From the IMG/VR virus record IMGVR_UViG_3300020045_002918, positions 1 through 48,359 of that record: a DNA stretch of 48,359 nucleotides. One strand, written 5' to 3'. Position numbers and translations under genes: made by a program. The DNA is from a virus (lineage: Duplodnaviria; Caudoviricetes). Below the pieces are notes generated by a model. That model had not been told where the DNA came from, made no database searches, and saw only the letters and a list, made by a program, of their open reading frames with translations. Positions 7,184 to 17,271 of this stretch are shown here, piece by piece (positions within the stretch are counted from its first letter, which is position 1; each line of letters begins with the position of its first letter).

Positions 7184-7893
7184 AAATATTAATTGGATGT
7201 GAAGAAAGTCAAGCGGTAACAATTGCATTCAGGAAATTAGGACATGAGGCGTTTAGTTGTGATTTACAGGATTGCACGGGGGGGCGTCCTGAATGGCATA
7301 TAAAGAAAGATATTTTTGAAGTAATAGAAGAACAACAATGGGACATGGCAATTTTCTTTCCGCCTTGCACTTATTTAACGGTAACGGCTAATAAATGGCT
7401 TAAAGATCAACCGCCTTTAAAATCTGGTGCATTAGTAGGCAAAGAAAGAAGAGAAGCCAGAAAAAAGGCAATTGATTTTTTTATAAAATTGCACAAATGC
7501 AATATTAAAAGAATTGCAATTGAAAACCCAATAGGTTGTATTAATACGGAATACATGAAGCCAACCCAGATAATACAACCTTATTATTTTGGAGATGAAG
7601 CAAGGAAAACGACTTGTTTATGGTTGAAAAATTTACCGCCTTTATATCATAATAAAACTCCAAATTTATTTGATGAAAATATATCGCATGTAGGTAAAGG
7701 AGAATTAACAGAATGGATAAGTAAGGAAGGAAGGGCGAAAAGTCAGCCTAAATGGTATGCAAACGCAAAGCATGGAAAAAAATTTGGGGAACGATCCAAA
7801 GAAAGATCAAAAACGTTCCCGGCTATTGCGAAAGCAATGGCGATTCAATGGAGCGAATTTTTATTGAGTGAATCAAATGGCAAAAAAAGTTAG
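7180..7893 (+). CDS. C5-cytosine DNA methyltransferase-like protein (paralog of cassette 7)
   Basis: MKILIGCEESQAVT, FFPPCT, IENP, RSKTF; ATGA overlap with the upstream gene. Confidence 0.75.
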   Translation: MKILIGCEESQAVTIAFRKLGHEAFSCDLQDCTGGRPEWHIKKDIFEVIEEQQWDMAIFFPPCTYLTVTANKWLKDQPPLKSGALVGKERREARKKAIDFFIKLHKCNIKRIAIENPIGCINTEYMKPTQIIQPYYFGDEARKTTCLWLKNLPPLYHNKTPNLFDENISHVGKGELTEWISKEGRAKSQPKWYANAKHGKKFGERSKERSKTFPAIAKAMAIQWSEFLLSESNGKKS

Positions 7894-8074
7894 TACAACA
7901 TTTTTAAGTATATCACAAGACACCATTATTGAAGTAATTTCGATAAAAGGAAGCAAAGTGTATAAAAAACAAATGAGTTACGGAGATGCGATAAAAATGA
8001 CAAAATTAAAAGGATGGCGATATATTTATTATCAAATTGGAGTATCGCAATTCAAGGAAGCTAAAACACTCTAA
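7877..8074 (+). CDS. Hypothetical protein
   Basis: Short ORF overlapping the upstream gene. Confidence 0.6.
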   Translation: MAKKVSTTFLSISQDTIIEVISIKGSKVYKKQMSYGDAIKMTKLKGWRYIYYQIGVSQFKEAKTL

Positions 8075-8091
8075 TTATTAGGGTGTTTTTT
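8063..8091 (+). terminator. Intrinsic terminator
   Basis: AAAACACTCTAA-tta-TTAGGGTGTTTT plus T-run. Confidence 0.6.
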
Positions 8092-8099
8092 ATTTTATA

Positions 8100-8146
8100 A
8101 AATAAATCAAAAAAAGTTGCGTAAGTACTTTTTTTAACTATATTTG
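8100..8146 (+). promoter_or_regulatory. 47-bp early promoter/operator, copy 2
   Basis: Same consensus as 536-582. Confidence 0.8.
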
Positions 8147-8170
8147 TAATCACAAACAAACATTGAGAGC

Positions 8171-8401
8171 ATGGCAAAGAGAAGCAATAATCCAGTTGTT
8201 GCCGAAATAAACAAAAACTTTTTAATTCGCTGGAAAGATGTTCCGCACGGAAAAGTTAAATTAGTTTCAGCAGGAAAATATCATACAATTGTAGGGGATG
8301 AATTCAAAGAAAGGCATTTTAAAAGAGTGCTTGAAGGCTTGGAGCAGGATTATGTTTTCAAAATACGGAATCGATTAGAAATTAAATTCATATCTAAATA
8401 G
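8171..8401 (+). CDS. Hypothetical protein
   Basis: First ORF after promoter copy 2. Confidence 0.7.
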   Translation: MAKRSNNPVVAEINKNFLIRWKDVPHGKVKLVSAGKYHTIVGDEFKERHFKRVLEGLEQDYVFKIRNRLEIKFISK

Positions 8402-8409
8402 CAAACAAA

Positions 8410-8652
8410 ATGGGAAAAACTGTAATGATTACGATGCACGAAATAGAAAAAACGGACGCATACAAGGGATTATCTGGAGTACAGAAAAAATTGACGCAAA
8501 ACAAAGCGACAATAAAGCACATTGAACACGGGGTCAATGTTTCGCTAAACATTGGTTTTGAGAAATGGGACGCACAAACTAATTTTAATCATGTAAATGG
8601 TAAAATTGTAAAAGAAATTGTTGAATTAAAAACATCAACAAATGGCGTGTAG
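8410..8652 (+). CDS. Hypothetical protein
   Basis: Operon ORF with A-rich start context. Confidence 0.7.
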   Translation: MGKTVMITMHEIEKTDAYKGLSGVQKKLTQNKATIKHIEHGVNVSLNIGFEKWDAQTNFNHVNGKIVKEIVELKTSTNGV

Positions 8653-9028
8653 TAATGAATTACCAAAAAAATTTAAAACTTGGCTTGAATTTTATGATTA
8701 TATAGTTAGAAATATAGATACTAAAATTTTGGACTTAGAACCAAGTGAATATGAAAGACAAAAAACAATACTATTTGAGGAAGAATTTATATGCGAAATT
8801 AATTCTAGTAGTTATCCAAGTGGTAAAGTAAAAGAATATACTGAATACAATTGGGGATTTATTAAAACAAAAGCATTAGAACAATTACAAGAAGCTAGAT
8901 TTGATTTTAGAAAAATAATGGTTTTTAAAGAAGTATTTGAAAGAACATTTCATATATATAGAGATAAAATAGCATTTGAAATGTGGGAAGAAATAGAAGA
9001 AAAATTATTAATTCAATCAAAAAAATAA
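8642..9028 (+). CDS. Hypothetical protein
   Basis: Operon ORF. Confidence 0.7.
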   Translation: MACSNELPKKFKTWLEFYDYIVRNIDTKILDLEPSEYERQKTILFEEEFICEINSSSYPSGKVKEYTEYNWGFIKTKALEQLQEARFDFRKIMVFKEVFERTFHIYRDKIAFEMWEEIEEKLLIQSKK

Positions 9029-9032
9029 AAGA

Positions 9033-9605
9033 ATGGAAATATTAATATTAGATATTGAAACAACTAAATTTTTAAATAATGGCGGAAAGATTATTGAAAT
9101 AGGGATTGTTTCTTTGAATTTGGAAACTGGAGAAAGAAAAATAATTTTTAGTGAATTTTGCCACGAAGCGGGAATAACATTGAAAGAGGTGGAAGATTCT
9201 TGGATTATAGAAAATTCAGATATTACGGTGGAAGATATAAGGCAATCAAAAAAACTATTCATTTTACAGCCAAAAATACAGGAAATTATAAATAGTTATC
9301 CATTAGGTGCAACGGCTTTTAATAATGATTTTGATTTTGGATTTATGGAAAGCAGGGGCTTTGTATTTCCAAAGAAGCTTCCTTGTCCAATGAAATTAAG
9401 TGTTGATGTTTTGAAGATTCCGCCAACTGCTAAAATGGTAAAAGCTGGATTTAATAAATTCAAAACGCCAAATGTACAAGAGGCTTACAATTATTTTTTT
9501 CCAAACAATACTTATATTGAACAACACAGGGGGGCAGATGATGCTTTCCATGAGGCGGAAATAGTTTGGGAATTGTACAAACTAGGAATTTTTAAAATTG
9601 ATTAA
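9033..9605 (+). CDS. DEDDh 3'-5' exonuclease (DnaQ-like)
   Basis: ExoI LDIETT, ExoII AFNNDFD, ExoIII HRGADDA. Confidence 0.85.
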   Translation: MEILILDIETTKFLNNGGKIIEIGIVSLNLETGERKIIFSEFCHEAGITLKEVEDSWIIENSDITVEDIRQSKKLFILQPKIQEIINSYPLGATAFNNDFDFGFMESRGFVFPKKLPCPMKLSVDVLKIPPTAKMVKAGFNKFKTPNVQEAYNYFFPNNTYIEQHRGADDAFHEAEIVWELYKLGIFKID

Positions 9606-9632
9606 AATAATAATAACTAAAAATTGAAAAAA

Positions 9633-11168
9633 ATGTCAGAATCACAACCAAAAACAATCGTATTAGAAGCTGAAATAATTCAGGAAGAAACAATAAACAA
9701 TCCAAGTTATGAACTTGCTACAGTTGACGAAAACAAGTTTTTAGCATTAGGGGATTACGAAGAAAAGTTAAAAAAATTAGTCGTTGACAATCCGTTTATT
9801 GAAGTTAAAGACAAGGAAAGTTTAAAGATTGCCAAAGAAAGAGAAGCGAAATTCAGAAGCGCAAGGCTGGAACTTAGAACAACGGGAAAAAGCGAAAGCC
9901 AGGAACGAACGCTTTTGAATATGCTTAAAAAAGCAAATGAATTTGTAAAAGGAAAAATTGATTATTTGGTTTTGATCCCAACAGTTGCTGAAGACAAGCA
10001 AAAAAACGAAATCACAGCTTTTGAAAATAAAGAAAAAATTGCAAAAGAAAAAGCAATTGAAGAAGAGAAAAAAAGAACGGACGCAATACAAGCTGAAGTG
10101 GGTTCAATTGGTGAAGCGTTGCAAAAAATAATAGATGAATTAACTTTTGAAAAGATAACCGCATCAAAGTTTGAATTTGCTATCGCTTCAACAAGTTCAT
10201 TTAATTTCCAAGAATTAGCGTTTTTGTATGAGGAATTAAAAGAAGAAAAAGAAAAGGCTTTGGCGGTAAAAGTTGAGGAACTAAAATCAGCAGAAAATAC
10301 CAGATTAGAGAATCTGAAAAAAGAGCAGGAAGCAAAATTGAATACTGTTTTACTTGAAGCCAAAGAAGCAATTGAAAATTACACGGGATCGGCTGAAGAT
10401 GAAGACCTGAATGAATCAATTGAAAATGTATTTAAAACTGAATTTGATTTCGGGGATTTTTCGCAAAAGTTTGAAGAAGAAAAAATAAAATACATTGCCA
10501 AAGCAAAAGAGCATATTGAAGCAATGCATTTGGCTAATGTGAAAACAGAAAAATTAAGAGTGTTCGAGATTCAAGAAGGCATGTTGGATTTAATAAACCA
10601 AATAAACATCGAGAACCTTGACGAAACAAAATTATTGATTGAAGATACTTTGAAGCAACCGCACATGGAAGAAGTCAAAGAAAGATTTGCATCAATGAAA
10701 GTTACAGTTGAAAAATCATTGGCGGATAAATTAGCATCAATGAATGATGCACTATTGAAACGCAAAGAAGATGGATTAAAACTTCAAAAGGAAAAAGACA
10801 AAACAACCGACATGAGAATTAAACTTCTCAAAAAAGTAGGTTTGATTTTGACGGATAATTTTTTGACTGGATATGGAACGTATCTTTTTACACGTTCAGA
10901 TATTCAAGACATGGAGCAAAAAAAATTAGATGAAATTATTGCATTCATGAAGAAAAAAAAGGCTTACGCAGAAAAAGAAGAAGCCAGACAAAAAAATCTA
11001 AAAAAGGATAAATTGAAAATGTCAGATTTATTTTTGTCTATCAAAGAATCAATTGACGCAAAGAAGATTGTTTTTGAAAACAAGGAAAGCGAAGAATTAT
11101 ATTTAACGCTTACGGAACAATTTAAAGAATGTATTGAATCATTTGAAACAATTATAAATGAGTTTTAA
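9633..11168 (+). CDS. Long coiled-coil hypothetical protein
   Basis: E/K-rich helical sequence with no NTPase motif. Confidence 0.75.
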   Translation: MSESQPKTIVLEAEIIQEETINNPSYELATVDENKFLALGDYEEKLKKLVVDNPFIEVKDKESLKIAKEREAKFRSARLELRTTGKSESQERTLLNMLKKANEFVKGKIDYLVLIPTVAEDKQKNEITAFENKEKIAKEKAIEEEKKRTDAIQAEVGSIGEALQKIIDELTFEKITASKFEFAIASTSSFNFQELAFLYEELKEEKEKALAVKVEELKSAENTRLENLKKEQEAKLNTVLLEAKEAIENYTGSAEDEDLNESIENVFKTEFDFGDFSQKFEEEKIKYIAKAKEHIEAMHLANVKTEKLRVFEIQEGMLDLINQINIENLDETKLLIEDTLKQPHMEEVKERFASMKVTVEKSLADKLASMNDALLKRKEDGLKLQKEKDKTTDMRIKLLKKVGLILTDNFLTGYGTYLFTRSDIQDMEQKKLDEIIAFMKKKKAYAEKEEARQKNLKKDKLKMSDLFLSIKESIDAKKIVFENKESEELYLTLTEQFKECIESFETIINEF

Positions 11169-11409
11169 CGGCAAAATTGAATGGTTCGGTGAAAAGGATT
11201 TCCCTGAAGAATTGAGCATGGCACAAAATAATTTATCCGTTGATGTTCTAGTTTATTGCAAAATAGGAAGGGTCAGGACTGTAGGTTGGTACAATTACAA
11301 CTTATTCACATGGCACTTCCTTAGTAACGAGAATATAAAGGAGGGGTTTAAATGGCGATATTTCATTGAAGAGATAGACAAGCCACAGAAAAAGAAAAAA
11401 GAGGCTTAA
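11158..11409 (+). CDS. Hypothetical protein
   Basis: Overlapping operon ORF. Confidence 0.65.
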   Translation: MSFNGKIEWFGEKDFPEELSMAQNNLSVDVLVYCKIGRVRTVGWYNYNLFTWHFLSNENIKEGFKWRYFIEEIDKPQKKKKEA

Positions 11410-11437
11410 AAACGATTAATTTAAAAAATAAAAAATT

Positions 11438-11698
11438 ATGATGTCAATTGATTTCGAAGGAACAAATATAAATTTGACCAAACCATTTGGAATGACAGAT
11501 GAACAATGTTTGCCATTGATGGCGCAAAAGGCGGTGGACAATCAAGGATTGCCGTATTTTTTAACTGCTTGGATGCCAAACAAAGAAGATTTAGAAGCTT
11601 TGAACGCTGGAAAGCCATTATTTTTGAAAATGGTGGGAACTGGATTTCAGCCAGTAGCATTGTTTACGGTTGATGATAATGGGGAAGGTAATTTTTAG
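11438..11698 (+). CDS. Hypothetical phage protein
   Basis: CLPL..TAWMPNKEDLEALNAG..QPVAL. Confidence 0.7.
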   Translation: MMSIDFEGTNINLTKPFGMTDEQCLPLMAQKAVDNQGLPYFLTAWMPNKEDLEALNAGKPLFLKMVGTGFQPVALFTVDDNGEGNF

Positions 11699-11702
11699 AA
11701 AA

Positions 11703-11921
11703 ATGGAAAAGAGAAAAAGACCTTGCCAAGTGAAAACAAAAATATACACGGGCGGAAAAATGCAAGATTTGGAGTTTAATGGTTTATTCCACGAATGGGG
11801 GAATGAAGCTGTAGACGCTGGAGAAAGTGGATTCGGAAATTTTACAATCGGAATAATTGAAGATGAATCAGGACAAATACACACGGTTAACCCAAATCAT
11901 ATAAAATTCACAGATAAATAA
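11703..11921 (+). CDS. Hypothetical phage protein
   Basis: GLFHEWG..TIGIIEDESGQI..IKF. Confidence 0.7.
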   Translation: MEKRKRPCQVKTKIYTGGKMQDLEFNGLFHEWGNEAVDAGESGFGNFTIGIIEDESGQIHTVNPNHIKFTDK

Positions 11922-11936
11922 CTAAATTAAAAAAAG

Positions 11937-12161
11937 ATGAACAAACAAGAGCAATCAGAAAAAAGAATGAAAGAATTGACGGTAAAATTACATGCGACAG
12001 TTCAGGAATTTTTAAAGGATGGAAATTCAGAATTGACAACAAATGAAATCACGAACGTTTGTTTGAAATTGGGTCATGGATATAATAAATATCAAATTGA
12101 AGTTGATAATATGCATGATGAAAAAGAGAACCCAGAAATATTGGAATCTAAAACAAATTAG
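11937..12161 (+). CDS. Hypothetical protein
   Basis: Operon ORF. Confidence 0.65.
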   Translation: MNKQEQSEKRMKELTVKLHATVQEFLKDGNSELTTNEITNVCLKLGHGYNKYQIEVDNMHDEKENPEILESKTN

Positions 12162-12168
12162 TAGCAAG

Positions 12169-12531
12169 ATGAAAAAAGATATTTACAGCTGTAAGAAATG
12201 CGGACATGAAATAAAAACCGCAAATCGTGATAAAGGCAAAACGCCCATACATATTTCATGCGAGAATTCAGAATGTAACGGGATGATGTCAACACATGAT
12301 TATAAAGTCAATCAAAATCAAGAATTTGAATTTATTTTCATATCGCCCAGAAACAACAAAGAATGGCAATTAATAGAAAAGCAAATCATTGAAGATGTTG
12401 AAGCCACATTCAAGGAACAAAGCAGACTTGACAGAAAAAAGATGAAAGATAACTTTATCAAGATGCTTCGAGAACACGCAAGGAAAGGACATTTGATTCA
12501 TTTGAGAAAGGAACTTGTTACACTTCCATAA
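12169..12531 (+). CDS. Zinc-ribbon hypothetical protein
   Basis: YSCKKCG..DKGKTP..CENSEC. Confidence 0.7.
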   Translation: MKKDIYSCKKCGHEIKTANRDKGKTPIHISCENSECNGMMSTHDYKVNQNQEFEFIFISPRNNKEWQLIEKQIIEDVEATFKEQSRLDRKKMKDNFIKMLREHARKGHLIHLRKELVTLP

Positions 12532-12537
12532 ATTCAA

Positions 12538-12616
12538 TATATTTGCAAAGCCAGCAGTGAATATTTTTTTTGAATTTTACCCGTAACAATTGATTTTCAC
12601 TTGTTACGGGTTTTTT
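12538..12616 (+). ncRNA. Candidate small RNA (promoter followed directly by terminator)
   Basis: TTG-N20-TATATTTG promoter; hairpin ACCCGTAACAA/TTGTTACGGGT plus T-run at 12579-12616. Confidence 0.35.
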
Positions 12617-12651
12617 GTTTAAATTTGTTAAATAATTTCAAAGGGAAAGAA

Positions 12652-13029
12652 ATGAAAAAAGTTAGAATTGGAATAATCGGAGCGGGAAGCAATGATGTTT
12701 TAAGAGAAATACACAAAATAGCATCAAATAATACTTCTGTTTGCATGTGTCCGCCAATGACAAGTACAGAACTTCAAGAATGTCAAGAGCCAAAGCGAAT
12801 AAAACATACTTTTTCGGGAACAATTAAAGGGATTGATTTTGCTACAATGAGCCAATTAGAAAAGCTATCAGAACAATTTAAAGCCTTAAATAATTACGGA
12901 GAATCTTTAACGGATAGGCTTTCAGCGATACAAGATTTGAAAGAAGCTTTGTCAAAAATAAAAGACCCAAAAGAGCATTTTAAAAAGCCAAAAGAATTTC
13001 CTAAACCAAAATCAAAATATCACAAATGA
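12652..13029 (+). CDS. Hypothetical protein
   Basis: ATG 12652 after TAAATTTG. Confidence 0.65.
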   Translation: MKKVRIGIIGAGSNDVLREIHKIASNNTSVCMCPPMTSTELQECQEPKRIKHTFSGTIKGIDFATMSQLEKLSEQFKALNNYGESLTDRLSAIQDLKEALSKIKDPKEHFKKPKEFPKPKSKYHK

Positions 13030-13367
13030 GAATAAAAAAAATAGAAATACCATTATATTTTGGTAATCTTGTAATGATTGAATGTGAAGATTTACAGGAG
13101 GTGGCAAGGAAATACGGAATAAAAGAAGACATGTCAGGGTATCAAGCTATAACCTTTCAAAATATAAATAGTTCACTATTTGAATGCGTGATGGCTTATT
13201 CAATGGGATGTGAAAATAAAACAATAGCGCATGAATGTGTGCATTTCATTAGCAATTTATTTATATGCAGGGGTGTGAAATTAGACGCTTTTAATGACGA
13301 ACCTACAGCGTATTTAATGGGTTGGGTATTCGAGCAAAACGAAAAATTTATAAATAATAAAAAATAA
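13026..13367 (+). CDS. HExxH zincin-like protein
   Basis: IAHECVH ... DEPTAY. Confidence 0.65.
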   Translation: MRIKKIEIPLYFGNLVMIECEDLQEVARKYGIKEDMSGYQAITFQNINSSLFECVMAYSMGCENKTIAHECVHFISNLFICRGVKLDAFNDEPTAYLMGWVFEQNEKFINNKK

Positions 13368-13550
13368 ACATTATGAGTAGATTTATAGGTAATTATAACA
13401 GTAAAGAAGGAGTAATAGGAATGAGCGAAAAACAACACGATATAATAAAGTTAAAAGAAGAATTAAAAAAAAAAGATAGCAGTATAGGAAGAAGCACACA
13501 AGGAGGCGGAAACTATAAAGGAAAATTTGAACCTAAAAACAAAAAGTAAA

Positions 13551-13985
13551 ATGGGAAATTACATGTTCAAGAACACGCACGGAACGGGATTAAATAACCG
13601 CCACAAGAAGCAAAAGAGAACCAAGAAAGAAAAAGCACAAGAATTAGAGCCAAAATATAAAGCTGAAGCAAACAGAGTTATTGGAACATTGCAAGGCGGG
13701 AAAGCTTACACATTCGATAAAAACGGAGAGGCAAAGGAAGTTAATTGGACAAAGGAACAATACGAAGAAGCGAGGAAAAGTCCAATAGTATTTTTTGAAA
13801 TGATGCAGAAAGCGGGATATGAGTTCCCGCACGAAACAGAAGCATTTGTGGACAGATTAGAGCAAGAAGAGGCGAAAAGAGAGCGAGAACAAGAGAGAAT
13901 GGAGTACAATGAGCATGGAATAGATGTGTTGGAGTATTCGATAGTTTTTGCGAAAGACATTGGAGATAAGCAAGTTAACGCATAA
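13551..13985 (+). CDS. Hypothetical protein
   Basis: Charged 144 aa ORF. Confidence 0.6.
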   Translation: MGNYMFKNTHGTGLNNRHKKQKRTKKEKAQELEPKYKAEANRVIGTLQGGKAYTFDKNGEAKEVNWTKEQYEEARKSPIVFFEMMQKAGYEFPHETEAFVDRLEQEEAKREREQERMEYNEHGIDVLEYSIVFAKDIGDKQVNA

Positions 13986-14037
13986 AAGGAAGAGAAAAAA
14001 ACGGGTATTTTAAACACACTTACACTCTATAGAAAAT

Positions 14038-14063
14038 AAAACACCTCAAATCGGGGTGTTTTT
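14038..14063 (+). terminator. Possible terminator
   Basis: AAAACACCTC-aaatc-GGGGTGTTTTT. Confidence 0.45.
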
Positions 14064-14148
14064 GGGGTTTTTATAAAAACGCAAATACCAGCAAAATAAG
14101 GGGTTGAGTTAGGTTGTTGCACGGGGTGGAGACAAAAAAATTAAAGAC

Positions 14149-14538
14149 ATGGCAAGTAATAAAAAACCAAGTACTAAAAAATTATTAGAAGCGGTTGAAC
14201 ATTATTCAGGATGTACAATGGATATTGCAAGGGCTTGTGGAGTATCAAGAGGAACGATTTATAATTGGAGGCAGAAAGACAAGGAGTTCGATGAAGCAAT
14301 GAAAAAGGGCAATGATATTTTATTGGATTTGGCAAAAGAAGGATTGAAGCATCTTTTGGTTAATAAATCTGAAAAGGCTATTTTGTACACATTGGATCGT
14401 TTAGGGCGCAAGGATGGTTATGGAATGATGGTTCAGGTTCAAGATAAATCGAAGCTGGATGAACAATTGTCAAATATGTCTGATGCAGATATTATGGCAG
14501 AAATGGAAAGAAATTTAAACCGAATAAAAAAGGGTTAA
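14149..14538 (+). CDS. terS: Terminase small subunit
   Basis: HTH (IARACGVSRGTIYNW) directly upstream of TerL. Confidence 0.75.
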   Translation: MASNKKPSTKKLLEAVEHYSGCTMDIARACGVSRGTIYNWRQKDKEFDEAMKKGNDILLDLAKEGLKHLLVNKSEKAILYTLDRLGRKDGYGMMVQVQDKSKLDEQLSNMSDADIMAEMERNLNRIKKG

Positions 14539-14541
14539 TAA

Positions 14542-16032
14542 ATGGCTACACGGGAAGAACTATTCAAGGAATATAAAAAGCAATTCGAGGCGCATGGTAA
14601 GTTGGCAAAACAAAAGCTTACGCACTTTGCGACTTTTGTAAATAAGGATGTTGACATTGAATGGTTTCACAAAATAGTTTATGACAATCTGGATTTATGG
14701 ATTGATGGAAAAATAAAGAAGCTTGCAATATTTGTACCGCCTCAACACGGCAAAAGCTTCATGTCTTCGATTAATACACCCGCAAAAATACTTGGAAAGA
14801 AGCCCAAAGCAAAAATTGTTGTTGCCTCTTATTCAGACAAGTTGGCATCGAAATTTAATAGGGGATGCCAGGATATTATAGACAGTTACGAATTTAAATC
14901 AATTTACCCAAACGTTATTCTTCCAGCAAAAGGAGTTGAAACAACAAACGAATTAAGAAATAATACATATTTCGAAACAGTAAAACATAAGGGGTTTTAT
15001 AAGGCAGTATCGATTGGCGGGGCAATGACGGGGGATTCAATTGACTATGGAATCATTGATGATCCAATAAAAGACCGTAAGCAAGCCAATTCGAAAACTT
15101 ACCGTGATACGCTTTGGGATTGGTACAATGATGTATTCTTAACCCGTATGCATAATGATTCGAGCCAATTAATGCTGTTCACAAGATGGCATGAAGATGA
15201 TTTGGCGGGAAGGCTTTTCAACCCTAAATCAGAATTTTATAATGAAGAAGAAGCGAATGAGTGGACTGTTTTATGTTTTCAAGCATTAAAAGAAGAGAAA
15301 CTTCCCTTCGCAAACGCAGTAAAATACGATGATCCAAGAAAATTGGATGAAGCTTTATGGGAATCGAAACACTCCGCAGAAAAGCATAAAAAGCAAAGGA
15401 TTAGAAATCCACAAACATTTGCTTCATTAGGACAACAACGCCCGTCCCCAAAATCAGGAAACAAGATCAAGCGTGAATGGTTTAGGATTATGAAACCAAG
15501 TGAATTGCCGTTCAATCCTGAAACAGTTAAAAAAGATTTCTTTATTGATGGAGCATTCACGGAGAAAGTACAGAATGACGAAAGCGCACAATTGGTTTGT
15601 TCGTTTTACAAAGGGGATATTTATATTTTCAATTGTCATGGTGTTAGAAAAGAATTAAACGAATACTTAAAATATATTGTCCCGTTTCTTAAATCATCGG
15701 GATATAAAGGGAATTCGAGTGTTTATATAGAAATGAAAGCTTCAGGATATTCTTTTTATTCTATGCTTAGATCGCCAGAATATGGAAAGTTCAATTGTAG
15801 AAAGATAAGCAACAAAACCGTTGCAGATGGAAAAATGACCCGTGTTGAATCGAGCCAACCCGCTTTGGCTTCTGGAAAAGTGATTCTAGTTGCGGGAGGT
15901 TGGAACGAATCATTTATCGATCAATGCGCATCATTCCCGAATGACACGCATGATGATATGGTGGATGTTTTAACCTATGCGGTACATGAATATATAATCA
16001 ATGAGCAGGAAGTAAGTGTAACTTATAGCTAA
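14542..16032 (+). CDS. terL: Terminase large subunit
   Basis: Walker A PPQHGKS, Walker B GIIDDP, TRWHEDDL, nuclease motif FPNDTHDDMVD. Confidence 0.95.
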   Translation: MATREELFKEYKKQFEAHGKLAKQKLTHFATFVNKDVDIEWFHKIVYDNLDLWIDGKIKKLAIFVPPQHGKSFMSSINTPAKILGKKPKAKIVVASYSDKLASKFNRGCQDIIDSYEFKSIYPNVILPAKGVETTNELRNNTYFETVKHKGFYKAVSIGGAMTGDSIDYGIIDDPIKDRKQANSKTYRDTLWDWYNDVFLTRMHNDSSQLMLFTRWHEDDLAGRLFNPKSEFYNEEEANEWTVLCFQALKEEKLPFANAVKYDDPRKLDEALWESKHSAEKHKKQRIRNPQTFASLGQQRPSPKSGNKIKREWFRIMKPSELPFNPETVKKDFFIDGAFTEKVQNDESAQLVCSFYKGDIYIFNCHGVRKELNEYLKYIVPFLKSSGYKGNSSVYIEMKASGYSFYSMLRSPEYGKFNCRKISNKTVADGKMTRVESSQPALASGKVILVAGGWNESFIDQCASFPNDTHDDMVDVLTYAVHEYIINEQEVSVTYS

Positions 16033-16040
16033 AAAATAAA

Positions 16041-16087
16041 AAATAAATCAAAAAAAGTTGTTTGATAACTTTTTTTAACTATATTTG
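16041..16087 (+). promoter_or_regulatory. 47-bp early promoter/operator, copy 3
   Basis: Same consensus as 536-582. Confidence 0.8.
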
Positions 16088-16131
16088 TATTCAGATAACA
16101 GCAACGGAGCGGTTAAGAAATATAAATAAAG

Positions 16132-16326
16132 ATGCAAGATTTAAAAAAGATAGTAAACGGAACTAAGATTGAAAGTAAAAATATGACAATGGTTGTTACT
16201 GGTAAAAATGAAACGGCTTTCTTAGGATATATAAGCTATAAAGGCAAAGCAGTTGGGCAATGTTCTCTTAGTTTCGAAATGTTTACAAATCCACATTATT
16301 CAAATGATATAAAAATAATAAGTTAA
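16132..16326 (+). CDS. Hypothetical protein
   Basis: First ORF after promoter copy 3. Confidence 0.65.
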   Translation: MQDLKKIVNGTKIESKNMTMVVTGKNETAFLGYISYKGKAVGQCSLSFEMFTNPHYSNDIKIIS

Positions 16327-16338
16327 AACACAAACAAC

Positions 16339-16545
16339 ATGATAAAAAAAATATTGACAGATTTAGCAATTTCAATCAGCCTTATGATGGTTGGATTTGT
16401 ACTTGGTTACTTTTACACACAGGATCAAATATTGTCCAGATGTAAAGAAGTGATGAAAAGTGAAAGAGTAGAATTTGACGGTGCGGACATTCAGTATATC
16501 GCATTAGGAGTAAAACAAGAAGAATTGAATAACTTTAAAAAATAG
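16339..16545 (+). CDS. Small membrane protein
   Basis: N-terminal transmembrane segment. Confidence 0.65.
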   Translation: MIKKILTDLAISISLMMVGFVLGYFYTQDQILSRCKEVMKSERVEFDGADIQYIALGVKQEELNNFKK

Positions 16546-16550
16546 AAAAT

Positions 16551-16679
16551 ATGTTTAGTAGTTTTAAATTAGCAGTGTATTTAATAAATATTATTATATC
16601 TGCATTTTGGGGAATAGTTGACAGAATTAGTAATTTTTTGACAGGCGGTAAAAGTGTAATGCCTAACGAATTTAAATAA
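16551..16679 (+). CDS. Small hydrophobic protein (42 aa, below track cutoff)
   Basis: MFSSFKLAVYLINIIISAFWGIV...; fills the gap between neighbours. Confidence 0.5.
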   Translation: MFSSFKLAVYLINIIISAFWGIVDRISNFLTGGKSVMPNEFK

Positions 16680-16687
16680 CTTTAATC

Positions 16688-17092
16688 ATGGGAAAATCAA
16701 TAGTGAATTTAAAAAGGAAAAATATGATTGAGTATTCGGGAACTCCATTTGTTTCGATTGATGCAGATAATGCAATGAAAGCTTTGAGCAATAATATTCC
16801 AAACCTGATTGAAAAGGAAAAGTTGAGAAGAGCAAAGTTAAAGGCTAAACGTGAAGCTATTTTAATTTATATCATGCTGGATTTATTGGCAATTGCTTTG
16901 CTTTGTTCTTGCAAAACAACGATAACGACAAACTACAAAATAAGTACACCAAAAGGTAATTTCTACACGAACGATTTTTTATTGGATTACGAAAAGGATT
17001 CAATCTACATTGTAGAGTTTAACCACAACGGGCAAATTAGACGCAATGGAGTTTTCAAGATAGATCAAGTAGTAATCGAAGAAAAAAAGTAA
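16688..17092 (+). CDS. Membrane protein with internal lipobox-like motif
   Basis: AILIYIMLDLLAIALLCSC. Confidence 0.65.
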   Translation: MGKSIVNLKRKNMIEYSGTPFVSIDADNAMKALSNNIPNLIEKEKLRRAKLKAKREAILIYIMLDLLAIALLCSCKTTITTNYKISTPKGNFYTNDFLLDYEKDSIYIVEFNHNGQIRRNGVFKIDQVVIEEKK

Positions 17093-17094
17093 TC

Positions 17095-17271
17095 ATGAGG
17101 CACATGGACGCTTATGAATGGAAAGTGTTTAATTGGTTTACTTCAGCAGTAAAGACGCTTAGTGATGCAAAGCAATTGTGCTTAAAGCATTTTAATACTG
17201 ATAATGTTGACATCTTAAATGAAAACACGGTAAAAGAGATTTACAAGAAAGAAAATAAAAAACGATCATGA
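17095..17271 (+). CDS. Hypothetical protein (58 aa, below track cutoff)
   Basis: MRHMDAYEWKVFNWF...; ATGA overlap with the next gene. Confidence 0.55.
   Translation: MRHMDAYEWKVFNWFTSAVKTLSDAKQLCLKHFNTDNVDILNENTVKEIYKKENKKRS

Noticed and set aside
13986-14148. pac site or origin upstream of terS
   Set aside because: G-runs and one hairpin are present but no iterons or diagnostic motif; unsupported without read data
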